Below, in pieces: positions 28,342 to 38,876 of a stretch of 38,876 bases of DNA (the first letter of the stretch is position 1; each line of letters starts with the position of its first letter). Origin of the DNA: Promethearchaeota archaeon (GTDB lineage: Archaea; Asgardarchaeota; Lokiarchaeia; Sigyniarchaeales; SOKP01); NCBI GenBank assembly GCA_048938025.1, contig JBHLMP010000035.1, positions 1 to 38,876 on the forward strand. Reading direction: 5' to 3'. The position numbers and the translations under genes are program-made. Below the pieces are notes generated by a model. The model was given only the letters and a program-made list of their open reading frames with translations, ran no database searches and had not been told where the DNA came from.

Positions 28342-29781
28342 TTAGGATTTTGAAATAACTAATTTTACAAGTTCTGCTGTTGTCTGACAATAAATTCTTG
28401 CTAATGATTTCCTTTTAGCCTCACATATAATACGAATAATAGGTTCTGTATTTGAAGGATGGATCAAAACGAACCACTCGTTATTTTTACCAAATCTAAG
28501 GTCCCAACCAACTTGCGAAACAATTTCTCCTTCATCAATCAGTTCTTTCTTGGTCTGATTTATAATAAAATCTACATTATGTTCCAAAACATCAATACTT
28601 TCTCTATGAGCATAATATTTTGGTAGTAAAGAAACTAAACTGGAAATCTTTTCTTTATTGGATATTATAAGATCTACAATTTTAGCGGCTGCAAATATTC
28701 CATCTCTAGTATTATTAAAAGGGGGAAACATAACACCACCACAAGATCCTTCTCCACCAAAAATCAAGCATTTTTCCTTACTTAACTTACACTTTTGTAA
28801 TAGAGAATACATTTCCTCAGATAAAAATCTCTCCCCTATGGGTGTTCGAATAATTTGAGCATTATATCTTTTAGCAAGAACTTCAAACATTAAAGATGAC
28901 GCTAAATTTGTTATAAAGATTATTTTATCATAATTGGCATTATATTTTTTAAGATAATTCTCAGTAATAAGTGCTAAACCAACATCTTCAGGATAACACA
29001 CCCCATTATCTCCAATAATAGCCAATCTATCAGCATCACTGTCATGGGCAAATCCTATATCATAGTCACCTTGCCTAACTTCCATTATTAAGTCATTTAA
29101 ATTCTTTTCAATAGGTTCTATTTCTCGAGGAAATTTGGAATTATCCAATAAATCATTATTGATTACTTTAACTTTACATCCCATTCTTTCAAGTACTTGA
29201 GGAGTAACACACTTTCCTGCTCCCGCTCCAGTATCAATTACAACATTTAAATTATTTTGCTCTCTTAATTGCTTTAAATTTATATATTTAAATAATTTGT
29301 TGACATATTCGGGTATTGGATTCAGATTTACTATTTTTTGGCTTAAATAAGAATTATTAATGTGGTACGAATCCAAATTAATGTCATTTAAGTTAGTAGA
29401 AATTTGATAAAGATCGGAGGGACCTAAATAAGTTCTTTTTGAGAGAAGCTTTATACCATTCCATTCTTGTGGATTATGGGAGCCAGTTATGATAATCCCT
29501 GCTGGAATATCTAAACTATTTCTTGCATGAATAATAATTGGGGTGGGACAGACTCCAACATTGGTGATATTGAAATCAGTTGCGATTAAACCTTCAATAA
29601 ATGCTTTTTCAATTATATCTCCACTTGGTCTAGTATCCTTTCCTATTATTACTCTCTTATCTTTATTATTAAACCATAACCCAAAAGAAATAGCTATTTT
29701 TTTAACAATCTCAAAATTTAAGTTTTTCCCTACAATTCCTCTAATTCCACTAAAAGTAAAAATTAGATTATTAGTTTGCAT
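28342..29781 (-). CDS. Alpha-D-phosphohexomutase (PGM/PMM/GlmM family)
   Basis: SGIRG, TGSHNP, DSDADR, GGEGS and PSNTEP motifs. Confidence 0.93.
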   Translation of the reverse strand: MQTNNLIFTFSGIRGIVGKNLNFEIVKKIAISFGLWFNNKDKRVIIGKDTRPSGDIIEKAFIEGLIATDFNITNVGVCPTPIIIHARNSLDIPAGIIITGSHNPQEWNGIKLLSKRTYLGPSDLYQISTNLNDINLDSYHINNSYLSQKIVNLNPIPEYVNKLFKYINLKQLREQNNLNVVIDTGAGAGKCVTPQVLERMGCKVKVINNDLLDNSKFPREIEPIEKNLNDLIMEVRQGDYDIGFAHDSDADRLAIIGDNGVCYPEDVGLALITENYLKKYNANYDKIIFITNLASSLMFEVLAKRYNAQIIRTPIGERFLSEEMYSLLQKCKLSKEKCLIFGGEGSCGGVMFPPFNNTRDGIFAAAKIVDLIISNKEKISSLVSLLPKYYAHRESIDVLEHNVDFIINQTKKELIDEGEIVSQVGWDLRFGKNNEWFVLIHPSNTEPIIRIICEAKRKSLARIYCQTTAELVKLVISKS

Positions 29782-29796
29782 ATTTATTAAAAGTGT

Positions 29797-30816
29797 TTAA
29801 CTTAAAGGAATAATTTTATTCCCTTCCAGTTTGTATTTAACAAAAGCGAGAGCTCCTCTTAAACCGATTTCATCTATATATTTAGTTACTTTGATTGCAG
29901 GAGGATGATTTATTGTGAATTGAATTGGATTTGTTTTATATTGTTCTCTTATAGGAGGTAAAATTATATCATGATCTTTCATCATTGATCCGCCAAAGTA
30001 TATCGAGGAGCAATCATAGAAATTATTAATCAGACCAATACCAACCATACTATAAAATATACAATTATCGACAATGTGTTTAGAGAATTTATCTCCTCCT
30101 CTTGCAGCTTGTAAGATTTCTTTAGCTGTTATTTTAGATTTATCACCATCCACTAAATGCATTAATATTTTAGCATCTAAACTACTTGTTTCAAGTGCTT
30201 CTAAAGCTCTATCTCTAACTCCAGTACCCGAACTGTATACCTCCCAACATCCATTTGCACCACAATTACATTGATGTATACTTCGGGGTTCAACAATACC
30301 ATGCCCAAATTCTGCCGCATTCCCTTCCTTCCCATATAATAAACGTCCGTTGCAAATTACGCCTCCTCCTATTCCTGTTGACATGGTGATATAGACTAAA
30401 TTATCTTTTTCATCTTCATCTGCTTCAAAATAGTGAACCCCTAAAACTGAAGCATTACCATCATTTATCAAAAATATTGGACATTTAGAATATACTTGTC
30501 CTATAGGTTCTTTCAATGGAATTGTTTTATAACCTAAATTAGCGTTATTAAAAACTATTCCCTTTTCTACATCTAAAGGTCCAGCGGATGCTAAACCAAT
30601 CCCTATTAATCGATCTCTACTTATATTATATTCAGTTAATAGTTCGGAAATCAGCAATATCACAGATTTGCTAATTGAATATTCATTTTCTTTTGAGGTT
30701 TTAGTAACCTTGGTTTTAATGTTTTCTTCTTTTAAATCTTGTGTACAAATACTAACTCGAATCCATGTTCCTCCAATATCCACTCCAACAATATATTTCT
30801 CATCCATTTTTATCAC
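29797..30816 (-). CDS. ROK family sugar kinase (glucokinase-like)
   Basis: GVDIGGT, NDGN, STGIGGG, EFGH and CNCG..GCWE motifs. Confidence 0.93.
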   Translation of the reverse strand: MIKMDEKYIVGVDIGGTWIRVSICTQDLKEENIKTKVTKTSKENEYSISKSVILLISELLTEYNISRDRLIGIGLASAGPLDVEKGIVFNNANLGYKTIPLKEPIGQVYSKCPIFLINDGNASVLGVHYFEADEDEKDNLVYITMSTGIGGGVICNGRLLYGKEGNAAEFGHGIVEPRSIHQCNCGANGCWEVYSSGTGVRDRALEALETSSLDAKILMHLVDGDKSKITAKEILQAARGGDKFSKHIVDNCIFYSMVGIGLINNFYDCSSIYFGGSMMKDHDIILPPIREQYKTNPIQFTINHPPAIKVTKYIDEIGLRGALAFVKYKLEGNKIIPLS

Positions 30817-30885
30817 TGTATTAAATCTTTAGATAATTAGTTTAATATAAAATAAAATAATAATTTAATTCATTTTAATCAATAT

Positions 30886-31686
30886 CTAATAATACTTTAT
30901 TTTAATTTTATCATTTTGTATTATCTCATTGAATATCTTAATTATTTCTCTTTTTCTCTTATCATCTATTGCAAAAACAAAATATTCTGCTGGAATTCTT
31001 GCAGTAGAATAGATTTGTACTAAATCTGGTTTAATTCTTTTGATTGCATAGGCTAATTTCTTAATATTCTCTACATTATTGTTTGATATAAATTCTTCTC
31101 TATATGAACTATAAAATAAACATTGAATTGCTAGTTTATGTTCATTTGGCATTTCTTTTTTCAATTTTACAATAGAATCTATGATTGCTTCAATTTTAGG
31201 TGTTTCAGGATGGGGGCGATTACTTAGTGTGAAATCCACTTTAGTTGCAACATCTAACTTAGCTAATACTAATTCGAATTGCTTCACTCTTTCCCGAATC
31301 TCATCAAAAATTAAGGTACTAGAATTAGTAAATAGCGTTAATTTAGGTTTTTCATATGTCCAATTTAATTCATCTCTCACTTCTAAGGCTATTTTTAGGA
31401 AATCTAATATATTTTCATTTAGAGTTGGTTCTCCATTATAGCCGAATGTAATAGAGTTTAAATGTGGAACAAATTTTAAGATTGATTTTAATTCTTTTCT
31501 AAAATTAGAAGAGGGAGGCAATTTTATTCTAAAATTAGGAGAAACTAACTGGTTTTTGCCAGTAGGTCCAATCTCACAATAAACACAATTAAATGTACAT
31601 AATTTAGATCTTGGTAAAATATCTACCCCTAATGAGAGCCCTAATCTTCTTGACTGAAACGGTCCATAAGTATATTCTCTTGGCAT
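30886..31686 (-). CDS. Radical SAM protein
   Basis: YGPFQSRRLGLSLGVD, CTFNCVYC and GEPTL motifs. Confidence 0.92.
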   Translation of the reverse strand: MPREYTYGPFQSRRLGLSLGVDILPRSKLCTFNCVYCEIGPTGKNQLVSPNFRIKLPPSSNFRKELKSILKFVPHLNSITFGYNGEPTLNENILDFLKIALEVRDELNWTYEKPKLTLFTNSSTLIFDEIRERVKQFELVLAKLDVATKVDFTLSNRPHPETPKIEAIIDSIVKLKKEMPNEHKLAIQCLFYSSYREEFISNNNVENIKKLAYAIKRIKPDLVQIYSTARIPAEYFVFAIDDKRKREIIKIFNEIIQNDKIKIKYY

Positions 31687-31695
31687 TATATATTT

Positions 31696-32460
31696 CTATT
31701 TAAAGTAAGTTTTTATAAAATCCTCTATTGCTTTATTAACTTCAGAAGGTTTCTCTATCATGACCATGTGCCCCGCTTTCTTAACAATTACAAGTTTCGA
31801 ATTTTTAATTTTATCATGAAAATATTGTGAATATTTAACTGGTGTGAGTTCATCAGCTTTGCCACAAATAATTAAACATGGAATATTGATTGAGCTTGTT
31901 TTTTCTAATGCATTAAAAGCATCACAGATTTTAAAATCATTATAGGTTACTTCTGGATCTATTTGAGACGTTTCCAAAATAGCATTATCTATTACTTTTT
32001 TAGATGTTTTTCTATAAAATGAACCAATTCGTAAATAATTTAAATACTCTTGGTATTTAGGTTTTATTGAATTATATATAAATTGACTTACTCGCAATCT
32101 TCCTCCTGTTGCACATAGAATTAATGCTGAAACATCATTTGAATATTTGAAATAATATTCCTGTATAACAGCTCCTCCCAAAGAATGTCCACCTAAAATT
32201 AATCTTTCAGGTTTAAGATAATCTGCGAATTTTTTAACAACATCAACATATAAGTCTAATGAAAGAACTGGAAAAATATTTGATTTATTATGAGAAGGTA
32301 AATCTAATGCAATTATATTATAATCAATATTTAAGTAAAACTGATTATCCCAAATATTTGAATTACCCCCTGATCCATGTATAAAGATAAGAGTTTTTTG
32401 AGAATTATTATCCTTAATTTGGTAAAAAATTTGTTTTCCAGAATATTCAAAATATGGAAT
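31696..32460 (-). CDS. Alpha/beta hydrolase, probable ATT start
   Basis: HGSGG, GHSLG, GKADELTP and AGH motifs. The ORF-track N-terminal extension is low-complexity; GGTG lies 7 nt before ATT-CCA-TAT. Confidence 0.85.
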   Translation of the reverse strand: MPYFEYSGKQIFYQIKDNNSQKTLIFIHGSGGNSNIWDNQFYLNIDYNIIALDLPSHNKSNIFPVLSLDLYVDVVKKFADYLKPERLILGGHSLGGAVIQEYYFKYSNDVSALILCATGGRLRVSQFIYNSIKPKYQEYLNYLRIGSFYRKTSKKVIDNAILETSQIDPEVTYNDFKICDAFNALEKTSSINIPCLIICGKADELTPVKYSQYFHDKIKNSKLVIVKKAGHMVMIEKPSEVNKAIEDFIKTYFK

Positions 32461-32572
32461 TGCTAAACACCAATAAAAGTCTTTATTTATATAATTTAAA
32501 ATTAGATAATAATTTAGGTTTAGTATATTAGTATTCAAAAAATAAATTTATAAAACATACAGAGTATAATTT

Positions 32573-34777
32573 CTAATTATCTACTTCAATTTCACGATGC
32601 TGCATTTCTAAAAGACGTTTATATTTTCCATTCAAGGCAAGTAAACTCTCATGATCTCCTTGCTCAATGATTCCTTTCTTATCAGCACTTAAAACTATTA
32701 TGAGATCTGCATTCTTAATCGTTGAAAGACGATGAGCGATAATAATCGTAGTACGACCCTTACGTGCTTTGTTTAATGCATCTTGAATTAAAGACTCTGT
32801 ATAAGGATCCACCGAAGAAGTTGCTTCATCTAAAATTAAAATTTTGGGATCGGTAATTAAAGCTCGAGCAAAAGCAATCAATTGTCTTTGTCCAATTGAA
32901 ATATTTGAGCCATTTTCCTTCAATACCGTATCATATTTTTTATAAAGAGTTTCAATAAAATTATGTAAACCTAAAAATTTTGAAACTTTAATCATTTTAT
33001 CCTCAATTTCAGGTGTATAATCATCAAAAGCGTATAAGAGATTCTCGCGAATTGTTCCTGTAAAAAGAAACGCATCTTGAGGAACAAGCCCTATAAGATC
33101 TCTCAAATCTTTTTTTGTAACTTCTTGAATATCAATACCATCTATTTGAATTTTCCCTGAGTTTACATCATAAAAACGAGTAATTAATTTAGTTACCGTA
33201 GTTTTTCCTGCTCCCGTTTCTCCAACTATCGCTATTGTAATTCCTGCGGGTATTTTCAAAGAAAAATCTCTTAATACAAAACCAGTTGAATGTTCATATT
33301 GAATAATTGTTTTTTCTTCATTTATAGCATCTTGAACTTTTTTAGGTATTTGTTCAAATATTTCAGATGGAATTGATATTTTAGCAAGAATTCGCAAAAT
33401 AGACTGTGGTGACATATTGCTTATGTCAGTAGTTATCATTCCTCTTCCTTCACTTTCCATCGCCTCACTTTGCTTAAATCTAGATATAGATCGCATACTT
33501 CTCTCCAAAAATTTAATCATCTTAACAATAGTTTCAGAAGGTATATCTCTAAACCTACTCTCTACTTCAGTGTTAATTGTCTTTTTGATCTTTAATTTTG
33601 AATCCCCTTTATTATTAAAAGCATAACCAAAACTAACGTTAGAAACTTCTATACATCCCTCTACTTTATCAAAAAGATTTGGACTAATAGGATCAGGTAT
33701 TTCTGCTTCTTCTTCCAGTAAAGTATAAATTCTATCACTAGCTGCCATTGCGGCTTCAATTATCTGTTGAATTTGCATTAAGGTCATAAAAGGTCGAAAA
33801 AATTGTCCCAGAATTGTAATGTAAGCACTAAGTACTCCTACTGAAATTGTTATTCCAAAAACTGATACCCCTCTTATGGTTACAATACCTCCTGTTAATA
33901 AAATCCCTGCTGTAAGAACAGTAGAAATCAGAGAAATTAATGGAAATATCGTAGCCATGTATCTTCTAATCTTAACCATAACATAATAATTTGCTTTGTT
34001 GGCGTCATCGAATTCTGATGATGCTCTTTCTTCTTGACCATATGCTTTAACTATTTTTGCTCCAGCAATATTTTCTTGAATCGAGGAAGTTACTTTCCCT
34101 ATTGTTTTCCTTGACTCTTTAAAAAGACCTGTCGCTACTTTTTTGAAAAGACTTGTAATAATAAAAAATATTGGAAAAATAATCATGCTGATTAAAGCTA
34201 AAAATGGATTAAGTATAAACATGAATATGATAGTTAGAACAATAGAGACAAAACTAGTTATAATTTGCACAAATTGCCCTCCAACTAATTGGTTAAGAAT
34301 TGTTACATCATTAGTAGCAATAGAAATAATATTTCCTGATGATCTTTTATCAAAATAACTTAGAGACATATTTTGTAATTTAAAAAAAATATTATTTCTA
34401 ATCTCATAAGTAACTTTCTGAGATATTTTGCCCATACCATACTGAGAGAAATAAGTTGATATAGCTAATAAAAAAACGAGGGATATATAAAATGAACTTA
34501 GAAATAAGACAAAATTTGTATCTCCTGATATAATCCCTTTATCAATAATTTTTGCTGAAATTATAGGACTTAATGCAGAGACAAAAGTACCAATCAATAA
34601 TAAAAATAAATATAAAGAAAATTTACCTCGAAAGGATTTTAAGTAAGAAAACATCCATTTCCATAAAATTCTTCTTGGATGTTCTAATTTTGATTTATCA
34701 CCTTCAAAAGTAAATCTTCGACGGGTACTGGCACTAGGTTGGATTATTTCTTTTTTTTCTTCTTCAGAATTACTCAT
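32573..34777 (-). CDS. ABC exporter, fused permease/ATPase, with ~110-aa insertion in the NBD
   Basis: TM domain, GETGAGKT, ISIGQRQ, ILDEATS and IAHRLST motifs. Confidence 0.93.
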   Translation of the reverse strand: MSNSEEEKKEIIQPSASTRRRFTFEGDKSKLEHPRRILWKWMFSYLKSFRGKFSLYLFLLLIGTFVSALSPIISAKIIDKGIISGDTNFVLFLSSFYISLVFLLAISTYFSQYGMGKISQKVTYEIRNNIFFKLQNMSLSYFDKRSSGNIISIATNDVTILNQLVGGQFVQIITSFVSIVLTIIFMFILNPFLALISMIIFPIFFIITSLFKKVATGLFKESRKTIGKVTSSIQENIAGAKIVKAYGQEERASSEFDDANKANYYVMVKIRRYMATIFPLISLISTVLTAGILLTGGIVTIRGVSVFGITISVGVLSAYITILGQFFRPFMTLMQIQQIIEAAMAASDRIYTLLEEEAEIPDPISPNLFDKVEGCIEVSNVSFGYAFNNKGDSKLKIKKTINTEVESRFRDIPSETIVKMIKFLERSMRSISRFKQSEAMESEGRGMITTDISNMSPQSILRILAKISIPSEIFEQIPKKVQDAINEEKTIIQYEHSTGFVLRDFSLKIPAGITIAIVGETGAGKTTVTKLITRFYDVNSGKIQIDGIDIQEVTKKDLRDLIGLVPQDAFLFTGTIRENLLYAFDDYTPEIEDKMIKVSKFLGLHNFIETLYKKYDTVLKENGSNISIGQRQLIAFARALITDPKILILDEATSSVDPYTESLIQDALNKARKGRTTIIIAHRLSTIKNADLIIVLSADKKGIIEQGDHESLLALNGKYKRLLEMQHREIEVDN

Positions 34778-34789
34778 AAATTTTCCCCC

Positions 34790-36565
34790 TTAACTAATTT
34801 TTGATACTTCTTTTTGATACAAAGTCTCATAAATTTGTTTGTATAAAACATTTAATTTAATTAGCTCATCATGAGTTCCAAATCCAACTACACGACCTCT
34901 ATCTAAAATTAATATGTAATTTGCTTTTCTTATTGTCGAAATTCTTTGAGTAATTATGATACTTGTTGAATTTTTCATTATTTTTGATAATGCTTTTTGA
35001 ATCCTAAATTCAGTTTCAACATCAACAGAACTGGTAGAATCATCTAATATTAAGATTTTAGGTTTAATTATTAGAGCACGGGCGATTGATAGTCGTTGTT
35101 TTTGCCCCCCAGATAATCTTGTTCCTCTTTCACCTACCATTGTATCATATCCTTTTGGTAAAGACATGATAAAATCATGTAAATCTGCATTCTTAGCAGC
35201 TTCTATTATTTCATCCAATATTGCTTCTTTTTTCCCATAAGCAATATTGTCTGCGATAGTTTTATCGAAAAGAAAGGTTTCTTGAGAAACAATTCCTACA
35301 TTCTTCCGAAGATCTCTTAATAGGTATTTGCGGATATTTTTCTGATCAATTTTAATTCTTCCATCGCTAACTTCATAGAAACGGGGAATAAGATTAATAA
35401 TTGTAGATTTTCCTGAGCCTGTTGTCCCTAGAATCGCCAATGTTTTTCCTGCCGGCACATTAAACGATACATTTTTCAAAATTCTTTTTTCAGATGTATA
35501 ACCAAATGATACATTATCAAATTCAATATCTCCTTTTAATGAAGTTATTGGAATAGCATCAAGTAAATCTTTAATTTCTGGATTTGATTCTAATATTTCC
35601 CTCACTCGAGTAAGGGCAGCATCTGCTTGAATATAAACTAACATTATTTGCCCCAACATCATCAAAGGAAAGCCTAAAGCTGCAATATAGGCTATTAAAG
35701 TGATTAGAATACCCAATTCCATCATTCCCTGGATTATACTAATTCCCCCTACAATTAAAGTGATAGAAGTCATAAATCCAATAACTAAATAAATAGCAGG
35801 CATGTATAATGAATTATACTTAATAGAATTAACACTTGCATTATAAAATCTCTCATTATTTTTTAAAAACTTTTGATATTCTTTATTTTGAGTACTAAAC
35901 ATACGAACCACTTCTGCACCTACGATGTTTTCTTGAATAGTATTTGTTAACTCACCAAAGCTGTCTCTAGTTTCCAAGAAAATAGGTTTTAACTTTTTAG
36001 CAATATGATATGATAATATTAGAGAAGATCCTATTGTTATTATTAAAAAATACATTAATTCCATGTTAAATAAAAAAAAGCCAATAATTATTCCTCCTAT
36101 TTGAAGTGATGATTGAAGCCCTAAAGTCAAACCCATCCCAAAAATTTGTTGTGTCTCCTCAACATCACTAGTAGTACGAGAAATTAATTGACCTGTTTCA
36201 GTCTTATCAAAGTAAGAAAATGATTGGCGAGAAATAGCGTTATTTATATCTTTTCTAAGGTGATATATAGCTCCAGAAGAAACTTCAGCTCCTTTCAATC
36301 TTGCTGCCCTATTAAAAAAATAAGTGAGTAAAGCAAATAATATGACAAAAGTAAAATTAATCATTAACTTATTTAAATTTTTAATTATTGCTTGAGTAGG
36401 ATCTAATACGCCGACCATCCTACCAATAAATATTGGTGTAAGGATATAGAAGATTGTGGATAATAAAAGAAATATGAATTGTAATAGAAAATATTTCTTT
36501 GATTTCAACCAATACTTAAATATCATTCGAGCAGAATTCATCGAATAGCTCACTTCTATATACAA
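34790..36565 (-). CDS. ABC exporter, fused permease/ATPase (degenerate-site partner)
   Basis: GTTGSGKS, LSGGQKQR, ILDDSTS and ITQR (degenerate Walker B Glu and switch His), typical of heterodimeric exporters. Confidence 0.93.
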   Translation of the reverse strand: MYIEVSYSMNSARMIFKYWLKSKKYFLLQFIFLLLSTIFYILTPIFIGRMVGVLDPTQAIIKNLNKLMINFTFVILFALLTYFFNRAARLKGAEVSSGAIYHLRKDINNAISRQSFSYFDKTETGQLISRTTSDVEETQQIFGMGLTLGLQSSLQIGGIIIGFFLFNMELMYFLIITIGSSLILSYHIAKKLKPIFLETRDSFGELTNTIQENIVGAEVVRMFSTQNKEYQKFLKNNERFYNASVNSIKYNSLYMPAIYLVIGFMTSITLIVGGISIIQGMMELGILITLIAYIAALGFPLMMLGQIMLVYIQADAALTRVREILESNPEIKDLLDAIPITSLKGDIEFDNVSFGYTSEKRILKNVSFNVPAGKTLAILGTTGSGKSTIINLIPRFYEVSDGRIKIDQKNIRKYLLRDLRKNVGIVSQETFLFDKTIADNIAYGKKEAILDEIIEAAKNADLHDFIMSLPKGYDTMVGERGTRLSGGQKQRLSIARALIIKPKILILDDSTSSVDVETEFRIQKALSKIMKNSTSIIITQRISTIRKANYILILDRGRVVGFGTHDELIKLNVLYKQIYETLYQKEVSKIS

Positions 36566-36700
36566 TCTTCATATTATTTAATAAATTTTATTGCCCTAAA
36601 TCTAGAAATGTGGAATTGAAAAGCACCATCGAAAGTCTTTTTCAAAATAAATGAAATAATAAATGAAATAATTTAGATTATTAGTTTTATAGATTATTTA

Positions 36701-37501
36701 TTAACTTACATTCATTTTATTGAATGACCAAGCACCAAGTAATATCATTATTATTCCGAAACAGGACATTACTAACAAATCCATCCAAATAGGGAAAAAT
36801 GATACTCCTAAAAGAATAAATCTAAATAAATCTACAGTATAAGTATAAGGATTCCATTTCATAGCTATTTGCATCCAATTTGGAAAAAAGTTTATGGACA
36901 TTAATGCTCCTGATAGCCAAAACATTGGCATTACTATGAATGTTTGAATTAATCCAAATGACTGAAAATCTCTAATCCTTGTGCTAATAATTAAACTCAA
37001 GCCTACAATCCCAATACCTGCTAATAGAGCAACAGGTATAATTAGAAGAACAGTCCAAATCAAAGTAATATCATAACCAAAAAATCCAAAAATAATGCTC
37101 ACTATAAGAAAGATAATACATTGAATTAATGTTAAGAATGCTACACCTAACGTTTTACCTATCATTAAAGTCCTGCGACTTATAGGAGAAGCCATTAACT
37201 CCTTCATGAATCCAAAGAGATTATCTCTCATTAATCCTAAACCACCAAACATTCCAGTAAATAAAATAGCCATCGCAGTTATACCAGATGCTATGTAAGG
37301 TTTAGGATCAACGAATTTGTCCCCAATTTGTATGTTAAATTGTGAAAATCCTGAACTAAAAACTAAAAGAAAAAATAAACCTTGGGCTATTGAGGTTATT
37401 ATCCGTGCTTTGCTTCTCAAAAATGCTAATATCTCTCTTTTAATTAATACTAAAACTGCGGAATAATTAATCTTGAATTTTATAAAATCTAATTCATACA
37501 T
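36701..37501 (-). CDS. ABC-2 type permease (DrrB-like)
   Basis: FGFMKELMASPISR, PMFWLSGA and NPYTYTVD motifs; six TM segments. Confidence 0.92.
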   Translation of the reverse strand: MYELDFIKFKINYSAVLVLIKREILAFLRSKARIITSIAQGLFFLLVFSSGFSQFNIQIGDKFVDPKPYIASGITAMAILFTGMFGGLGLMRDNLFGFMKELMASPISRRTLMIGKTLGVAFLTLIQCIIFLIVSIIFGFFGYDITLIWTVLLIIPVALLAGIGIVGLSLIISTRIRDFQSFGLIQTFIVMPMFWLSGALMSINFFPNWMQIAMKWNPYTYTVDLFRFILLGVSFFPIWMDLLVMSCFGIIMILLGAWSFNKMNVS

Positions 37502-37508
37502 AATATTT

Positions 37509-38837
37509 TCACTTCCTCAATTGTCTCATTTGAATAAATCTTTTAATGTTCTTAGTCCTATTTGTTGATTCTTCTCTTATTGCTTCTCCAGTAAAGAATA
37601 GAAATACATCTTCTAAGGTCGGTTGGTGCATATTAACATTTTTTATCTTTAATTTTTTTTCATTAAGTTTTTGAATTATCAAAGGTAATTGTTTTCCTCC
37701 TTCTTCGCAAGAAATTGATATTTTTGGCTCAAAATCAATATTTTGCTCAGAGTATTCTTCTTTTTTAATTTTAATAAGTTCTTGTTGTATATTGTCTGGT
37801 ACTTGTTTAATTAAATCTTCGTCAAATAGATTTGCAATTCTTTTTTTTACCTCTAAAGGTGCATTTAGAAACATTTGTGTTGCCATTGGAAATCTTTTCC
37901 AAGCATCTATAAGTTTCTTAGGATTTGACATGATATCTCTCATTCTGGCTCTTACCATTTCAGGATCGATATTAGGCATATTCTTAGGGATATTTATATT
38001 CAATGGTATAAGATCTGGATTAGCTTTAGAATCTCCTAATGAAATATTTTTAATGCCATGAATACTTCTAATTTCATTAATAATTTGGGGTAATTCAATT
38101 CCATTTTCAATCTTATCGAATTGGATATCTATAACATCTCCAGATAACTTTTTCTTAAGATTTTCAGATGTATCAAGTGCTATTATTTTTCCATGATCCA
38201 TAATACAAATTCTATCAGCAAGTTCGTCTGCTTCCTCCATATAATGTGTTGTTAACAGAATTGTTATTTTCATTTGATTTAATTCTTTAATCTTTTCCCA
38301 AATTTTATGTCTTGTTTGTGGATCTAGTCCTAATGTTGGCTCATCCAAAAAAAGTATTGCCGGTTGATGCATTAATCCTCTTGCTATCTCTAAACGTCTT
38401 TTCATTCCTCCAGAGTAATTCTTTACATACATGTGAGCTTTATCTTCAAGATCAACTAATTTTAATACCTCCTTGATCTTGTTACGTCTTTCCTTTTTTG
38501 GCATTCCATAAAGAATTGCATGTAATTCCAAGTTTTCTCTACCTTTCATATCGCTATCAAGACTTGGCTCTTGAAATACAACCCCTATACTTTTTCTTAC
38601 ACTTTTCGAATCTTTTAGAATGTTAAAATTATTAACAGTACCCTCTCCTTCAGTTGGAGTTAATAGTGTTGCTAGTATTGAGATTGTTGTAGTTTTCCCA
38701 GCTCCATTGGGTCCTAATAGAGCAAAAATCTCACCTTTCTTAATCTCAAAGCTAATGTTATCAACTGCTAAAACATGACCCTCATGATAGATTTTTGTGA
38801 GATTTTTTACTTCAATTATATTATTATTCTCTGTCAT
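37509..38837 (-). CDS. ABC ATP-binding protein (DrrA-like) with ~100-aa C-terminal insertion
   Basis: GPNGAGKTT, YSGGMKRR, LDEPTLGLD, TTHYMEEA and PTLEDVF motifs. Confidence 0.95.
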   Translation of the reverse strand: MTENNNIIEVKNLTKIYHEGHVLAVDNISFEIKKGEIFALLGPNGAGKTTTISILATLLTPTEGEGTVNNFNILKDSKSVRKSIGVVFQEPSLDSDMKGRENLELHAILYGMPKKERRNKIKEVLKLVDLEDKAHMYVKNYSGGMKRRLEIARGLMHQPAILFLDEPTLGLDPQTRHKIWEKIKELNQMKITILLTTHYMEEADELADRICIMDHGKIIALDTSENLKKKLSGDVIDIQFDKIENGIELPQIINEIRSIHGIKNISLGDSKANPDLIPLNINIPKNMPNIDPEMVRARMRDIMSNPKKLIDAWKRFPMATQMFLNAPLEVKKRIANLFDEDLIKQVPDNIQQELIKIKKEEYSEQNIDFEPKISISCEEGGKQLPLIIQKLNEKKLKIKNVNMHQPTLEDVFLFFTGEAIREESTNRTKNIKRFIQMRQLRK

Positions 38838-38876
38838 TTTCCTATCAAATTAAATTACTAATTAAAGAAATAATTT

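Noticed and set aside
36646-36672. Short tandem duplication aataaatgaaat
   Set aside because: Two low-complexity AT-rich copies; not CRISPR-like.
281-38061. Short antisense or alternate-frame ORFs in the ORF track (e.g. 281..544, 5644..5982, 12872..13165, 22332..22607, 37792..38061)
   Set aside because: They are shadows of well-supported genes and carry no motifs.
1-38876. CRISPR arrays, transposases, integrases, tRNA genes
   Set aside because: None recognised on manual reading.

Overview
AT-rich archaeal chromosomal segment, most likely from an Asgard archaeon (Lokiarchaeia-like). The assignment rests on eL22, two Rab-like GTPases, a longin+roadblock protein and archaeal information genes (Spt5, aIF1A, aIF2-gamma, TFS, RecJ/Cdc45-like DHH protein). 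Metabolic content includes paired acyl-CoA dehydrogenases, form III RuBisCO with ribose-1,5-bisphosphate isomerase, a ROK kinase with a phosphohexomutase, UvrC and an ABC exporter cluster. The main signal is a set of RNA-processing events predicted from bulge-helix-bulge (BHB)-type motifs. (1) A circularly permuted 5S rRNA gene (minus strand, 10812->10662) has its natural ends joined by a UUCG loop, and its halves would be re-joined by cleavage/ligation at a BHB formed by flanking inverted repeats. (2) A further 28-nt candidate intron lies in loop C of that 5S RNA. (3) A 29-nt stop-containing intron lies in the P-loop of the aIF2-gamma mRNA, and its canonical BHB excision exactly restores GHVDHGKTT. 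All splicing claims are inferred from sequence alone; no searches were run.
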